A stretch of DNA of 64,000 bases from Thermoanaerobaculia bacterium (lineage in GTDB: Bacteria > Acidobacteriota > Thermoanaerobaculia > Multivoradales > Multivoraceae): assembly GCA_963664405.1 (NCBI GenBank), contig OY761158.1, forward strand, positions 6,304,001 to 6,368,000, read 5' to 3'. The notes under the pieces were generated by a model. The model had not been told where the DNA came from and ran no database searches. It was given only the letters and a program-made list of their open reading frames with translations. The position numbers and the translations under genes were made by a program. Within the stretch, counting starts at the first letter, position 1. Every line of letters starts with the position of its first letter. Positions 40,831-50,551 of the stretch are shown in pieces.

Positions 40831-41625
40831 ATGGCCCGACCCAGGAAGAGTCCAACGATCCCTGACGAACCACTACGAGAGCTCGCCCGATCCCTCGGCT
40901 TCTACGCCCTCGTCGACGACTGGGGCACCTACCGAGAACAGCCCTGGCTCGAACAGCTGCTGCGCAAAGAAGAGGCCGAGCGCAAACGGCGCAGCCTCGA
41001 ACGGCGCATCCGCACCAGCCGCGTCGGGCTCTTCAAGAGCATCGCCGACTTCGACTTCTCCTGGCCCCAGCGCATCGACCGCGAGCAGATCCAGGATCTG
41101 CTCACCCTCCAATTCCTCGACGACATCACCAACGTCATCCTCCTCGGACCCAACGGTGTCGGCAAGACCATGATTGCCAAGAACCTCCTCTACCAGGCGC
41201 TGCAACGAGGGGCCACCGCCAGCTTCGTCACCGCCTCCGACATGCTCAACGATCTCGCCGTCCAGGAAACCCCCTCGGCGCTCCAGAGAAGGCTCTCCAA
41301 ATACACCCGACCCTCGCTTTTGGCAATCGATGAGCTCGGCTATCTCTCCTACGACCACCGCCACGCGGATCTCCTCTTCGAGGTCGTCTCCAGGAGATAC
41401 GGCAACAAGCCCATTCTTCTCACCACCAACAAGCCCTTCGCCGAATGGGCCGAGGTCTTTCCCAACGCCTCCTGCGTCGTCACTCTCGTCGATCGACTCA
41501 CCCACCACGCCGAGATCGTCAAGATCGAGGCTAACTCCTATCGCCGCAAGGAGGCCAAGGAGGCTGCTGAAAAAAAGGCCAAGGACCGCGCCAAAAGGCG
41601 GAGCGCAGCACGACGACGCTCATGA
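40831..41625 (+). CDS. istB: IstB ATPase
   Basis: GPNGVGKT, LAIDELGY, TTNKPF, DRLTHH. Confidence 0.93.
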   Translation: MARPRKSPTIPDEPLRELARSLGFYALVDDWGTYREQPWLEQLLRKEEAERKRRSLERRIRTSRVGLFKSIADFDFSWPQRIDREQIQDLLTLQFLDDITNVILLGPNGVGKTMIAKNLLYQALQRGATASFVTASDMLNDLAVQETPSALQRRLSKYTRPSLLAIDELGYLSYDHRHADLLFEVVSRRYGNKPILLTTNKPFAEWAEVFPNASCVVTLVDRLTHHAEIVKIEANSYRRKEAKEAAEKKAKDRAKRRSAARRRS

Positions 41626-41978
41626 CCCGAAGCCACTATCGGCGCCAGCTCCTCCGCCTCTATCGACTCCTTCCCGACACCCCGCACCGCTTCCACCACG
41701 GCGACCGCGTCATCGTCGACCAGCTCTTCGACCAAGACCTGCCTCTCACCGTCCTCCAGGCCGCCCTCCTCCTCGGCTCCGCCCGACGCGCATGCCGAGA
41801 TCCGCGCCTACCAAAGCTCCAGCCCATCCGATCCCTCGCCTACTTTCTCCCCATCCTCCGAGAACTCCCCACGACGCCACCCCCCGAGGGGTACCTCGAC
41901 TATCTGCGCCACACCCTGAGTCACGCCTCGCGGGGACAAAAAACCGACTCGCAGCCAACTAAGTGCGCTTTCTCGTAG
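41622..41978 (+). CDS. IS21 downstream accessory protein
   Basis: Coupled to istB; [23 protein letters not shown]. Confidence 0.7.
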   Translation: MTRSHYRRQLLRLYRLLPDTPHRFHHGDRVIVDQLFDQDLPLTVLQAALLLGSARRACRDPRLPKLQPIRSLAYFLPILRELPTTPPPEGYLDYLRHTLSHASRGQKTDSQPTKCAFS

Positions 41979-42179
41979 CCGGTAACAGACTACTACGCCA
42001 GTACTTCCCGAAGGGCACCGACCTTGTCAGATACTCCTGCGACGACCTCGCCGCGGTCGCGCTCGCACTCAACGGCCGACCCCGCAAGACCCTCGGCTGG
42101 AGAACCCCTGCCGAAGTCTTCGATGAGCTTGTACACTCTGCTCACCAAGGCAACGCTGCGACGACTCCTTGAACCCAAG

Positions 42180-42592
42180 CAGTACGCCTCGAAGGCTTAC
42201 CAGGATCGGCTGGCTGAGCTGCGGTTTCGCTGCAGCATGTCCGGCGTCGGAAATTGTTATGACAATGCGGTCTTGGAGAGCTTCTTCGACAGTCTCAAGA
42301 CCGAGGTCTGGGACCGACCCTTCGAGACTCGTCAGCGAGCTCACGACGAAGCGGTTTCTTACCTCGAAGTGTTCTACAACCTGAGACGCCAGCATTCGAC
42401 GCTCGGATTCCTGAGCCCCGAGGCCTTCGAAGGGGCAGCGTGAACTCACGCGCGACCGGCGGTCGGATCCGAAGGGAGGCTGCGCTCCCCGAACCTCGCA
42501 CAGCCTCGTCCGAAGCTGACTACCCGAACTGATGCAGAATAGGAACTGCCCCGATGGGGCTTAACTTGGTGTCCACGAAACCGTGACCGCTC
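42180..42592 (+). mobile_element. IS3-family 3' remnant (integrase-core C-terminus + IRR)
   Basis: QYASKAY, SMSGVGNCYDNAVLESFFDSLKTE, YNLRRQHSTLG; end GTGTCCACGAAACCGTGACCGCTCA. Confidence 0.85.
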
Positions 42593-42671
42593 AGAACCCC
42601 TGCCGAAGTCTTCGATGAGTTTGTACACTCTGCTCACCAAGGCAACGTTGCGACGACCCCTTGAACCCAAG
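42593..42671 (+). repeat. Second copy of the IS30 right end (about 79 bp; first copy about 42102-42179)
   Basis: GAACCCCTGCCGAAGTCTTCGATGAG...TTGAACCCAAG, with 3 substitutions. Confidence 0.9.
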
Positions 42672-45600
42672 GGGTGCACAACCGTCGTTGTGGGGCGGAG
42701 GCCCCAAGGCTCGCCGCTGCTCCAGCCGAAGTAGCCGCCCAGGACGAGGTCGTGCTTGCCGAAGGTGAGACGCTTCAGGCCAACGACGTTGACGATGGCA
42801 TCTCGGTGCACGGGGATCTGGCCAAAGTGGTTGGAGTTGCTGGTGGCGTCGGTGGCACCCGTGCCCACCTCGATGCCGCCGAGACCCTCGAAGAGGTTGT
42901 CGTTGTCGGTGCGGTCGTCGGTATTGCCTTCGGTATTGCCGAAGGTGTAGTTGGTTCTCAGCGTCCAGTTGTTGCGAAAAGCGCGGTTGAGCTCGAAAGT
43001 GATGGCCTGATACTCGCGCCGGGCGTCAGGCCAGTTGCGCACGTCGCGGACTACCGCGCCGGCAGCGTCGTACTGGTCGGAGGCGTGGAAGATATTGTCT
43101 GCCTCGCTTACTACGGCGCGGCTCTTGAGAACCCAAAGGTTGCTGAATTGCCAGTCGACTCCAGCCGAGACCTCGTCCTTGTAGTAGGGGACGACGTTAC
43201 CAACCGCGCCGGCGGGCTCCACGTGGCGCTGAAATCTGTCGTAGAGCCCCGTGGCGCGATTGAAACCGAACTGGTCGTAGGTGTTAGTGCCGCTGTTTTC
43301 GCTGGTGAACTCTGCGTTCACGACGTTAAGGGCGATTTGGTGGTAGTAGCGCCCGGCCGTTCCGCGCACCAGCAGTTTGCCATCGCTATTGACGTCGTAG
43401 ACGACCGAGAGACGCGGCACCACCTCGGTGTAGCTGAGGATCTCTTCTTGGGTGGTCTCCTGGAGCCCCTGATCGTCGAGACGCAGGCCGAGCTGGAAGG
43501 TCAGATGGTCACCGACCTCGAGACGGTCCTGGGCAAACAACGAAGACATGTCGCTGTAGGAGCTGACGGCGTCGGCGGGCTCGTTGACCCGCTTGAATAC
43601 AGGCCTCACAAAGCCTCCGGGGCATTCTCTGCAAAAGCCCCGGCCGGCGTACCAGAGGGGGCCGGTGGCCAGGTTAGCGAATTCGATTTCCTGGTAATCA
43701 CCGCCGAACTTGAGCTCGTGATTGCCCTTGAAGAGGGTCACCGACGCCTGCGCCGCTTCGCGCGGGAAGTCGTTATAGCCAAGGCCCTGGGGCGATGCCA
43801 GACCGTTACGAGCCTGGCCGGTAATGAGATCGCGGTAGAGATCGTTGTTGCCGTTGGGAGAATCGGGAGAGGCGTTGGGGTCGATCTCGTGCGACATAAA
43901 ATCTTGCCGGAGGACGAGCTCCTCGCGATTGGTGAGCTTGAGCTCGGAGAACACCGAGTTGGTGGCCGCAAAGCTCCAGGTCCCGGTCTGGAGTCGGCCG
44001 TTGAGCGGTATAGTCATAATGGCGAATTCGTCCCCGGGATTGCCCGCGAATGCGATTGCGCTGCTCGGAGTGTCGATAGCGGTGATCGCGATCTGGTGCC
44101 GGTCCGCGGGCGCGAGGTTCACCTTCCCGAGCAGAGGCTCGGCGGTCCTGCTGGTGTCTAACAGCGCGCCGCTGGCGAGTTGGTCCCACCTGTTGTTATT
44201 GATCTCGTTGTAGGAGGCGAAGAACCAGGCCTTGTCCTTATAGATCGGTCCGCCGAGCGAGGTCTCGAAACTGTTGATCTGGTCGTCCGGGCGCGGGAGC
44301 TCGAACACGTTCTCGGCTCTCCACTTCGGGTTCTGGCCGATGTAGAGAAAGTTGCCGTGAAATGTGTTGGTGCCGGTCTTGATCACTGAGTTGAGGATTC
44401 CGCCGGTCGCCCGGCCATACTCCGCGCCGAAGCCGGCGCTTTCCACTGAGGTCTCCATGATCGCGGTGCCGGGGATCAGCATCCGCGGCTGGCCGCCGAA
44501 ACGGGTCATGGAGGTGTCAACACCTTCGATAAAGGCCCCGGTCTCGCTCGAGATGCCGCCGTTCATCGAAAGGAAGGCCCTAGAGTTTCTGCGAAGCACG
44601 ACTCCAGGCAACTGGAGGACGGACGATTGGTAGAGGCGGCTTTCGTAGGTGACGTTCTGTGCCACCTCGGCCGAGATCGTGGCGGTGGACCCGGTCTCGT
44701 ACTTGCTGATCAGCGGCGCTTCGGAAGTGACGGTGATGGTCTCGGAGGTGGCGGCCTGCAGCGCGAGGTCGACTTCCTTGCGCGCTCCCGGGCTGAGCTG
44801 GGTCCCGAACTCGGCCGTGCCCAGGCCCTCCAGGGTAGCCGTCACCGTGTAGTACCCGGCTTGCAGCAGACCGAAGCGGTACTTGCCCTCCGTGTCAGTG
44901 ATGGCGTTCTTGGTGTCCTGAGGTCCGCTAAGGGTTACAGAGACGCCCGGGAGAGCTCCCCCCTGAGCATCCGTAACCACTCCGTCGATCATGCTTGTCT
45001 CCGGACCATCGGCGGATAGCGGCAGTGCGCAAAGGGCGATGGCGCAGATCCAAATAAATGACTTTCTTGCGATTACACTCATGGTTTTCTCCTCCAGAGT
45101 CCTTGGGTCCCGGCCATTCGACCGCGGGGTGTCTTGGTTAAAGGCCGCATATGGCCACGGCGCCCTAACAATCAAAAAGCTGCGAAGACATTTGTTAAAT
45201 TAACCTACACGCAAAATCTGTTCCAACTACATGTTGTGCCACCCGATGGGGGGGGGTACTATATATTGTGGTTCTTTGCTCCGGATAAAACAGAAATTTG
45301 AATCTCGTATTCAATAAACTGCATCAGCCGCATAAAGCAGCTGCATACCCTCGCCGCTCCTCTACCAGAAACGGAATTGCCATCGGTTTGGACCATCACA
45401 TCTGACACGAGAGCCACCTGGAAGAACTCGCGTTATCGTCGAAGGGATCGCGCCGCCCAGGACGGGGCTAGTACCTATTTGGTCTCTAGACGCTATTCCA
45501 TTCGGGTGCTTTGTGCAAGTGAGTGCTTAATGCGAGTGGTTGACTCAAGAGATTCGAGGGCGCTAGAGTCGCAGTCGACTTGGCGCGCGCGACCAAGATG

Positions 45601-45675
45601 GCGACGGCAAGATCAGGTTTAGCGAAGCGCCGGCGCTGAGCATCATCGAGAGGCTCCCACCGACTACCGAGGACG

Positions 45676-46746
45676 ATGAATATGGATCACAAGAGTGTAT
45701 TGGCTCGCGTGATGAGTATCACGCTCCCCCCTACTTGCTTCCCGCCAAGCGCGGCTAGCGCCGCGCGGCTCAGGCCACTAGGCCCGAGTGAAGATGACGC
45801 ATCGATCAACATGCTGCCGGGCCTAGTGGCACTAGTGATGATGGCGATGGCCGCCCTGGTGCCGGCGACAAGCGGGGCCGGGGATGTGTTCGACCGGGTC
45901 GAGCATCATCAGACCGACAATGACGGCGTCTCTCTTCATTACGTCACTCTGGGCGAGGGGCCGGTGGTTCTCTTCGTTCATGGCTTTCCGGATTTCTGGT
46001 ACACCTGGCGCGAACAGATGGCGGCCCTTTCGGGCGACTTTTTGACCGTCGCCATGGACACGCGAGCCAACAATAAGAGCGGTAAGCCCGACGGTGTCGA
46101 GAACTACACCATGCCGCACCTTATGGCGGACGTCGAAGCGGTGATCGAGGACCTGGGCGTCGATTCGGTCGCCCTGGTCGGACACGATTGGGGCGGTTCG
46201 ATCTCGTGGCAGTTTGCGATGCACTACCCGCAGCTCGTCAACAAACTGGTGATCCTCAACTTGACCCACCCGAGGGGCCGCTCGACCGTGCGCCGCAACG
46301 CGACCGCGGAGCAGAAGGCAAATACCGAGTACATCACTCGCTTTCAGACGCCTGGGTTTGAAGATCGGTTCACGCCCGAGGTTCTTACCGGCATTACGGC
46401 TCGTGACGTTTCAGGCGAAGTGCGGGAGCGCTATCTCGAGGCGTTCTCGCGAGGCTCGACCAAAGGGATGCTCGACTATTACCGGGCGGCGTTCAACGGC
46501 CTGGATGCGGCGCCGGGTGAAGGCGAAGAGCTGCCCGCGCTGTCGATGCCGGTGCTGCAGTTCCACGGATTGAAAGACAAAGCCGTCGACAAGGACGGGC
46601 TGCGCGACACCTGGAACTGGATCAACGAGGACTACACTCTCGTCACGATCCCAAGCAGCGACCATTGGGTGCAACGAGAAGCCGCGGATATGGTCAGCAC
46701 TACAATGCTCTGGTGGCTGAAGAGTCGGCCTAGGCTCCACAAATGA
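45676..46746 (+). CDS. Alpha/beta hydrolase (epoxide hydrolase-like); start possibly 45811
   Basis: HGFP, GHDWGG, HWVQ. Confidence 0.88.
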   Translation: MNMDHKSVLARVMSITLPPTCFPPSAASAARLRPLGPSEDDASINMLPGLVALVMMAMAALVPATSGAGDVFDRVEHHQTDNDGVSLHYVTLGEGPVVLFVHGFPDFWYTWREQMAALSGDFLTVAMDTRANNKSGKPDGVENYTMPHLMADVEAVIEDLGVDSVALVGHDWGGSISWQFAMHYPQLVNKLVILNLTHPRGRSTVRRNATAEQKANTEYITRFQTPGFEDRFTPEVLTGITARDVSGEVRERYLEAFSRGSTKGMLDYYRAAFNGLDAAPGEGEELPALSMPVLQFHGLKDKAVDKDGLRDTWNWINEDYTLVTIPSSDHWVQREAADMVSTTMLWWLKSRPRLHK

Positions 46747-46902
46747 TGAGTATCATTTGCTCCGCTAGGCGCGCCCCACCTAGTTGTTTCTTGGCGCCGA
46801 GGACGGCGCACTTTGAGCTTGCTTCCTATGCGCTTCGGAAGACGTTTTCGTTTCTTGCCGCGCAGACTCCTAGTGTCGAGAAAATCAGGAGCCCTTAAGC
46901 CG

Positions 46903-48714
46903 ATGAGACGAGTCCAACGCATTGCCGCGCTGACGGTCGGCTCCTTGGCTGCCACTTACGCCGCGGGTGCGGAGCGGAACGCCTACTTCGGTGATCTGCA
47001 CATCCACACCCAGTTTTCGTTGGACGCGTTCACCTTCGGCACGCGCTCGTCGCCCGACGACGCCTACAGGTATGCCCGCGGCGAAGCCATCAAACATCCC
47101 GTCGGCTTTGATATCCAGCTCGATCGCCCGCTCGATTTCTACGCCGTCACCGACCACGGCTTCTATCTCGGCATGTGGTTGGCGATGATGGACCCCGAAC
47201 ATCCACTCCACAACGATCCCGAAGCCCGTCGCTATCTCGATTCGGACCAGGGAACGCTCGTCACCGGTATGGGCCACGACCTCACTACTGCCATCCAGTT
47301 TCTCCGGGACCATCCCGACCCGGGGGCCTCACGTCCGGCATGGCGGGAGACCATCGCGTCGGCCGAGCGAAACTACGAGCCGGGCAAGCTCACGACGTTC
47401 ATCGCCTATGAATACAGTTCATCGGACGCCGACGGCGGCAACCAACACCGCAACGTCATTTTCCGCGGCTCGAAAGCGCCCGACCTGCCTTTCACTCGAC
47501 TCGACTCGCCGAACCCCGAGGATCTCTGGGATTGGCTCGATGACTTGCGTGCGCGGGGCATCGAAGCGCTGGCGATTCCGCACAACTCGAACCAGAGCCG
47601 CGGTAATAAGTTCGCGCTCCAGCAGGTGTCGGGCGAGCCTTTCGACGCGGCGTACGCCCGGCTGCGGATGCGCAATGAGCCACTCGTCGAGATGACCCAG
47701 ATCAAGGGCACTTCGGAGACACACCCCTTGCTCTCTCCCAACGACGAGTGGGCCGACTTCGAGATCGAGTACCTCTCCCCCGAGGACTCGAACCTGAAGA
47801 TCGTCCGTGGCAGCTATGTACGCGACGCCTACCTGACCGGTCTCGGGTTCGAGGAAAAGGAGGGCTTCAATCCCTACCGCTTCGGAATGATCGGCGCGAG
47901 CGACGGCCACAACGCGGGCTCGGCCTTCGAGGAGTCGAAATTCTTCAGCAAGCTCGGGCTCCACGATGGCAAACCGGAGCAGCGCGGGTCGGTTCCCCCA
48001 GGTGGCGCGAAAACCTGGGACGACACCGCACTAGCCGCGCGCAGTGCGAGGTATTCGAGTTGGGGTGCTTCTGGCCTGGCGGGGGTGTGGGCCGAGGAGA
48101 ACAACCGCGAGTCGATCTACGATGCGTTCCGCCGCAAAGAGACCTTCGCCACCACCGGTCCGCGCATCCGTGTGCGTTTCTTCGGCAGCTACGAGTTCGG
48201 CGACGATGCGCTCGAGAGCAGCGATCTCGTGGCCAAGGCCTACGAGCACGGTGTGCCGATGGGCGCCGACCTCCCAGCCCGGCGCCGTGGCTCACCGCAG
48301 TTCCTCGTTTGGGCGGTGCAGGACCCCGAGTCCGCGAGACTCCAGCGTGTGCAGGTGATCAAGGGCTGGATCGAGGACGGCGAGGCGAAGGAGCGCGTCT
48401 ACGATGTCGCCTGCTCGGACGATCTCGAAGTCGATCCTGAGACCCACCGCTGTCCCGACAACGGCGCCGAGGTGAATCTCGCCGACTGCAGCGTCAGCGC
48501 CGACGTCGGCTCTGCGGAGCTCAAAACACTTTGGACCGATCCCGAGTTCGACCGCGGGCAACGTGCCTTCTACTATGTTCGTGCCTTGGAGAATCCCACT
48601 TGCCGCTGGTCGACGTGGGATGCCATGCGTGCGGGCACGCCGCCTCGACCCGGTCTTGCGCTAACGCTTCAGGAGCGCGCCTTTTCGTCTCCCATTTGGT
48701 TGAACCCGCGATAG
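46903..48714 (+). CDS. DUF3604-like metallohydrolase, copy 2
   Basis: Same motifs as copy 1. Confidence 0.85.
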   Translation: MRRVQRIAALTVGSLAATYAAGAERNAYFGDLHIHTQFSLDAFTFGTRSSPDDAYRYARGEAIKHPVGFDIQLDRPLDFYAVTDHGFYLGMWLAMMDPEHPLHNDPEARRYLDSDQGTLVTGMGHDLTTAIQFLRDHPDPGASRPAWRETIASAERNYEPGKLTTFIAYEYSSSDADGGNQHRNVIFRGSKAPDLPFTRLDSPNPEDLWDWLDDLRARGIEALAIPHNSNQSRGNKFALQQVSGEPFDAAYARLRMRNEPLVEMTQIKGTSETHPLLSPNDEWADFEIEYLSPEDSNLKIVRGSYVRDAYLTGLGFEEKEGFNPYRFGMIGASDGHNAGSAFEESKFFSKLGLHDGKPEQRGSVPPGGAKTWDDTALAARSARYSSWGASGLAGVWAEENNRESIYDAFRRKETFATTGPRIRVRFFGSYEFGDDALESSDLVAKAYEHGVPMGADLPARRRGSPQFLVWAVQDPESARLQRVQVIKGWIEDGEAKERVYDVACSDDLEVDPETHRCPDNGAEVNLADCSVSADVGSAELKTLWTDPEFDRGQRAFYYVRALENPTCRWSTWDAMRAGTPPRPGLALTLQERAFSSPIWLNPR

Positions 48715-48725
48715 AGGAGTAGTCG

Positions 48726-50540
48726 ATGAGAAGAGTCCGCATTGCCGCGCTGACGATCAGCGCATTGGCTGCCACCTATGCCGGTGCGGAGCGAAACGCT
48801 TACTTCGGTGATCTGCACATCCACACCCAGTTTTCGTTCGACGCTTTCATCTTGGGCACCCGCTCGTCGCCCGATGACGCCTACCGCTATGCGCGCGGCG
48901 AAGCCATCAAACATCCCGTCGGCTTCGATATCCAGCTCGATCGCCCGCTCGATTTCTACGCCGTCACCGACCACGGTTTCTATCTCGGCTGGTTCAAGGC
49001 GATGACGGATCCTGATCATCCGCTCCACGACGATCCCGAAGTCCGTCCCTATCTCGATTCGCACACCGGAACCCTCCTCACCGGGCAAGGTCCGAATACC
49101 ACTGCCGCCATCCGGTATCTCCAGGCCCACCCCGACCCGGAGGCCTCACCTTCGGCATGGCGGGAGACCATCGCGTCGGCGGAGCGAAACTACGAGCCGG
49201 GGAAGCTCACGACCTTCGTCGCCTACGAGTACAGCTTCACGGAAGGCAGGGGGGTGGGGAATCAACACCGCAACGTCATTTTCCGCGGCACGAAGGTGCC
49301 CGACGCACCCTTCACGCGACTGGACTCGTCGAACCCCGAGGATCTGTGGAAGTGGCTCGACGGCTTGCGAGCTCGGGGCATCGAAGGTCTCGCCATTCCC
49401 CACAACTCGAACCAGAGCACCGGCCAGAAGTTCGCGCGCCAGCAGACGTCGGGTGACCCCTTCGATGCGGCGTATGCCCGGCTGCGGATGCGCAACGAGC
49501 CACTGGTCGAGGTAACGCAGGTCAAGGGCACCTCGGAGACACACCCCCTGCTCTCGCCCAACGACGAGTGGGCCGACTTCGAGATCGAGCTCCGCTCCCC
49601 GGCAGCGTCGAAGCTCGAGGCCATCCGTGGCAGCTTTGTGCGCGACGCCTATCTGACCGGTCTCGAGTTCGAGGAGAACGAGGGCTTCAACCCCTACCGC
49701 TTCGGGTTGATCGGTTCGAGCGACTCCCACAACGCGGGCGCGTCCTACCGGGAGGAGAAATTCTTCAGCAAGCTCGGGCTCCACGATGGCGAGCCGGAGG
49801 GGCGCGCTTCGGTTCCTCCGGGGGGGGCAAAGACCTGGGATGACGCCGCTCTAACCAGGGGGGGATATAGCACCAGGATTCCGACGTGGGGCGCTTCCGG
49901 CTTGGCCGGGGTATGGGCCGAGGAGAACACACGCGAATCGATCTACGACGCGTTCCGCCGCAAAGAGACCTTCGCCACCACCGGACCGCGCATCCGTGTG
50001 CGTTTCTTCGGCAGCTACGAGTTCGGCGACGATGCGCTCGAGAGCAGCGATCTGGTGGCCAAGGCCTACGAGCACGGTGTGCCGATGGGCGCCGACCTCC
50101 CGGCCCGGCGGCGCGGCGCGCCGCGGTTTCTCGTCTGGGCGGTCCAGGACCCCGAGTCCGCAAGGCTCCAGCGTGTGCAGGTGATCAAGGGCTGGATCGA
50201 AGACGGCAAGCCGCAGGAGCGCGTCTACGATGTCGCCTGCTCGGACGATCTCGAAGTCGACCCTGAGACCCACCGCTGCCCCGACAACGGCGCTCAGGTG
50301 AATCTCGCCGACTGCAGCGTCAGCGCCGACGTCGGTGCGGCGCAGCTCAAGACTCTATGGGCCGATCCCGAGTTCGACCGAGGGCAACGTGCCTTCTACT
50401 ATGTGCGTGCCTTGGAGAATCCAACTTGCCGCTGGTCGACGTGGGATGCCATGCGTGCGGGCACGCCGCCTCGACCCGGTCTTGCGCTAACTCTTCAGGA
50501 GCGCGCCTATTCGTCTCCCATTTGGTTGAACCCGCGATAG
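48726..50540 (+). CDS. DUF3604-like metallohydrolase, copy 3
   Basis: Same motifs; GAGGAG RBS. Confidence 0.85.
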   Translation: MRRVRIAALTISALAATYAGAERNAYFGDLHIHTQFSFDAFILGTRSSPDDAYRYARGEAIKHPVGFDIQLDRPLDFYAVTDHGFYLGWFKAMTDPDHPLHDDPEVRPYLDSHTGTLLTGQGPNTTAAIRYLQAHPDPEASPSAWRETIASAERNYEPGKLTTFVAYEYSFTEGRGVGNQHRNVIFRGTKVPDAPFTRLDSSNPEDLWKWLDGLRARGIEGLAIPHNSNQSTGQKFARQQTSGDPFDAAYARLRMRNEPLVEVTQVKGTSETHPLLSPNDEWADFEIELRSPAASKLEAIRGSFVRDAYLTGLEFEENEGFNPYRFGLIGSSDSHNAGASYREEKFFSKLGLHDGEPEGRASVPPGGAKTWDDAALTRGGYSTRIPTWGASGLAGVWAEENTRESIYDAFRRKETFATTGPRIRVRFFGSYEFGDDALESSDLVAKAYEHGVPMGADLPARRRGAPRFLVWAVQDPESARLQRVQVIKGWIEDGKPQERVYDVACSDDLEVDPETHRCPDNGAQVNLADCSVSADVGAAQLKTLWADPEFDRGQRAFYYVRALENPTCRWSTWDAMRAGTPPRPGLALTLQERAYSSPIWLNPR

Positions 50541-50551
50541 AGGAGGTTTCG

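Larger units (their letters stand above)
36005..40865 (+). pseudogene. istA: IstA transposase split by the recombinase element (36005-36688 + 40041-40865)
   Basis: PGEQAQVDWG, LYDNL, RGNEKG|RVERAI; 503 codons when rejoined. Confidence 0.92.
35246..41987 (+). mobile_element. IS21-family element with two accessory ORFs
   Basis: Ends TGTTGATGGCTGCGAG / CTCGTAGCCGGTAACA; internal GTTGGCTGCGAG repeats; 6-bp TSD GACTAC (35240-35245, 41988-41993). Confidence 0.92.
34027..42172 (+). pseudogene. IS30 transposase split by IS21 (34027-35245 + 41994-42172)
   Basis: WSPEQI, GHWEGDL, TWDQGAE, QRGTNENTNGLL|[10 protein letters not shown]; 466 codons when rejoined. Confidence 0.92.
33980..42671 (+). mobile_element. 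IS30-family element (composite), inserted in the TonB receptor gene
   Basis: IRL GGCGGATTCAACTGGTCGTCGCAAC, IRR GTTGCGACGACCCCTTGAACCCAAG; GGG target duplication. Confidence 0.88.
33709..45082 (-). pseudogene. TonB-dependent receptor (carboxypeptidase-regulatory N-domain) interrupted by an 8.7-kb nested insertion
   Basis: 45082-42672 joined to 33976-33709 gives 893 codons in frame (TTTVVHP-VSGQRINT) ending in FRLKVGFLF; GFGAEYGRATGG motif. Confidence 0.9.
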
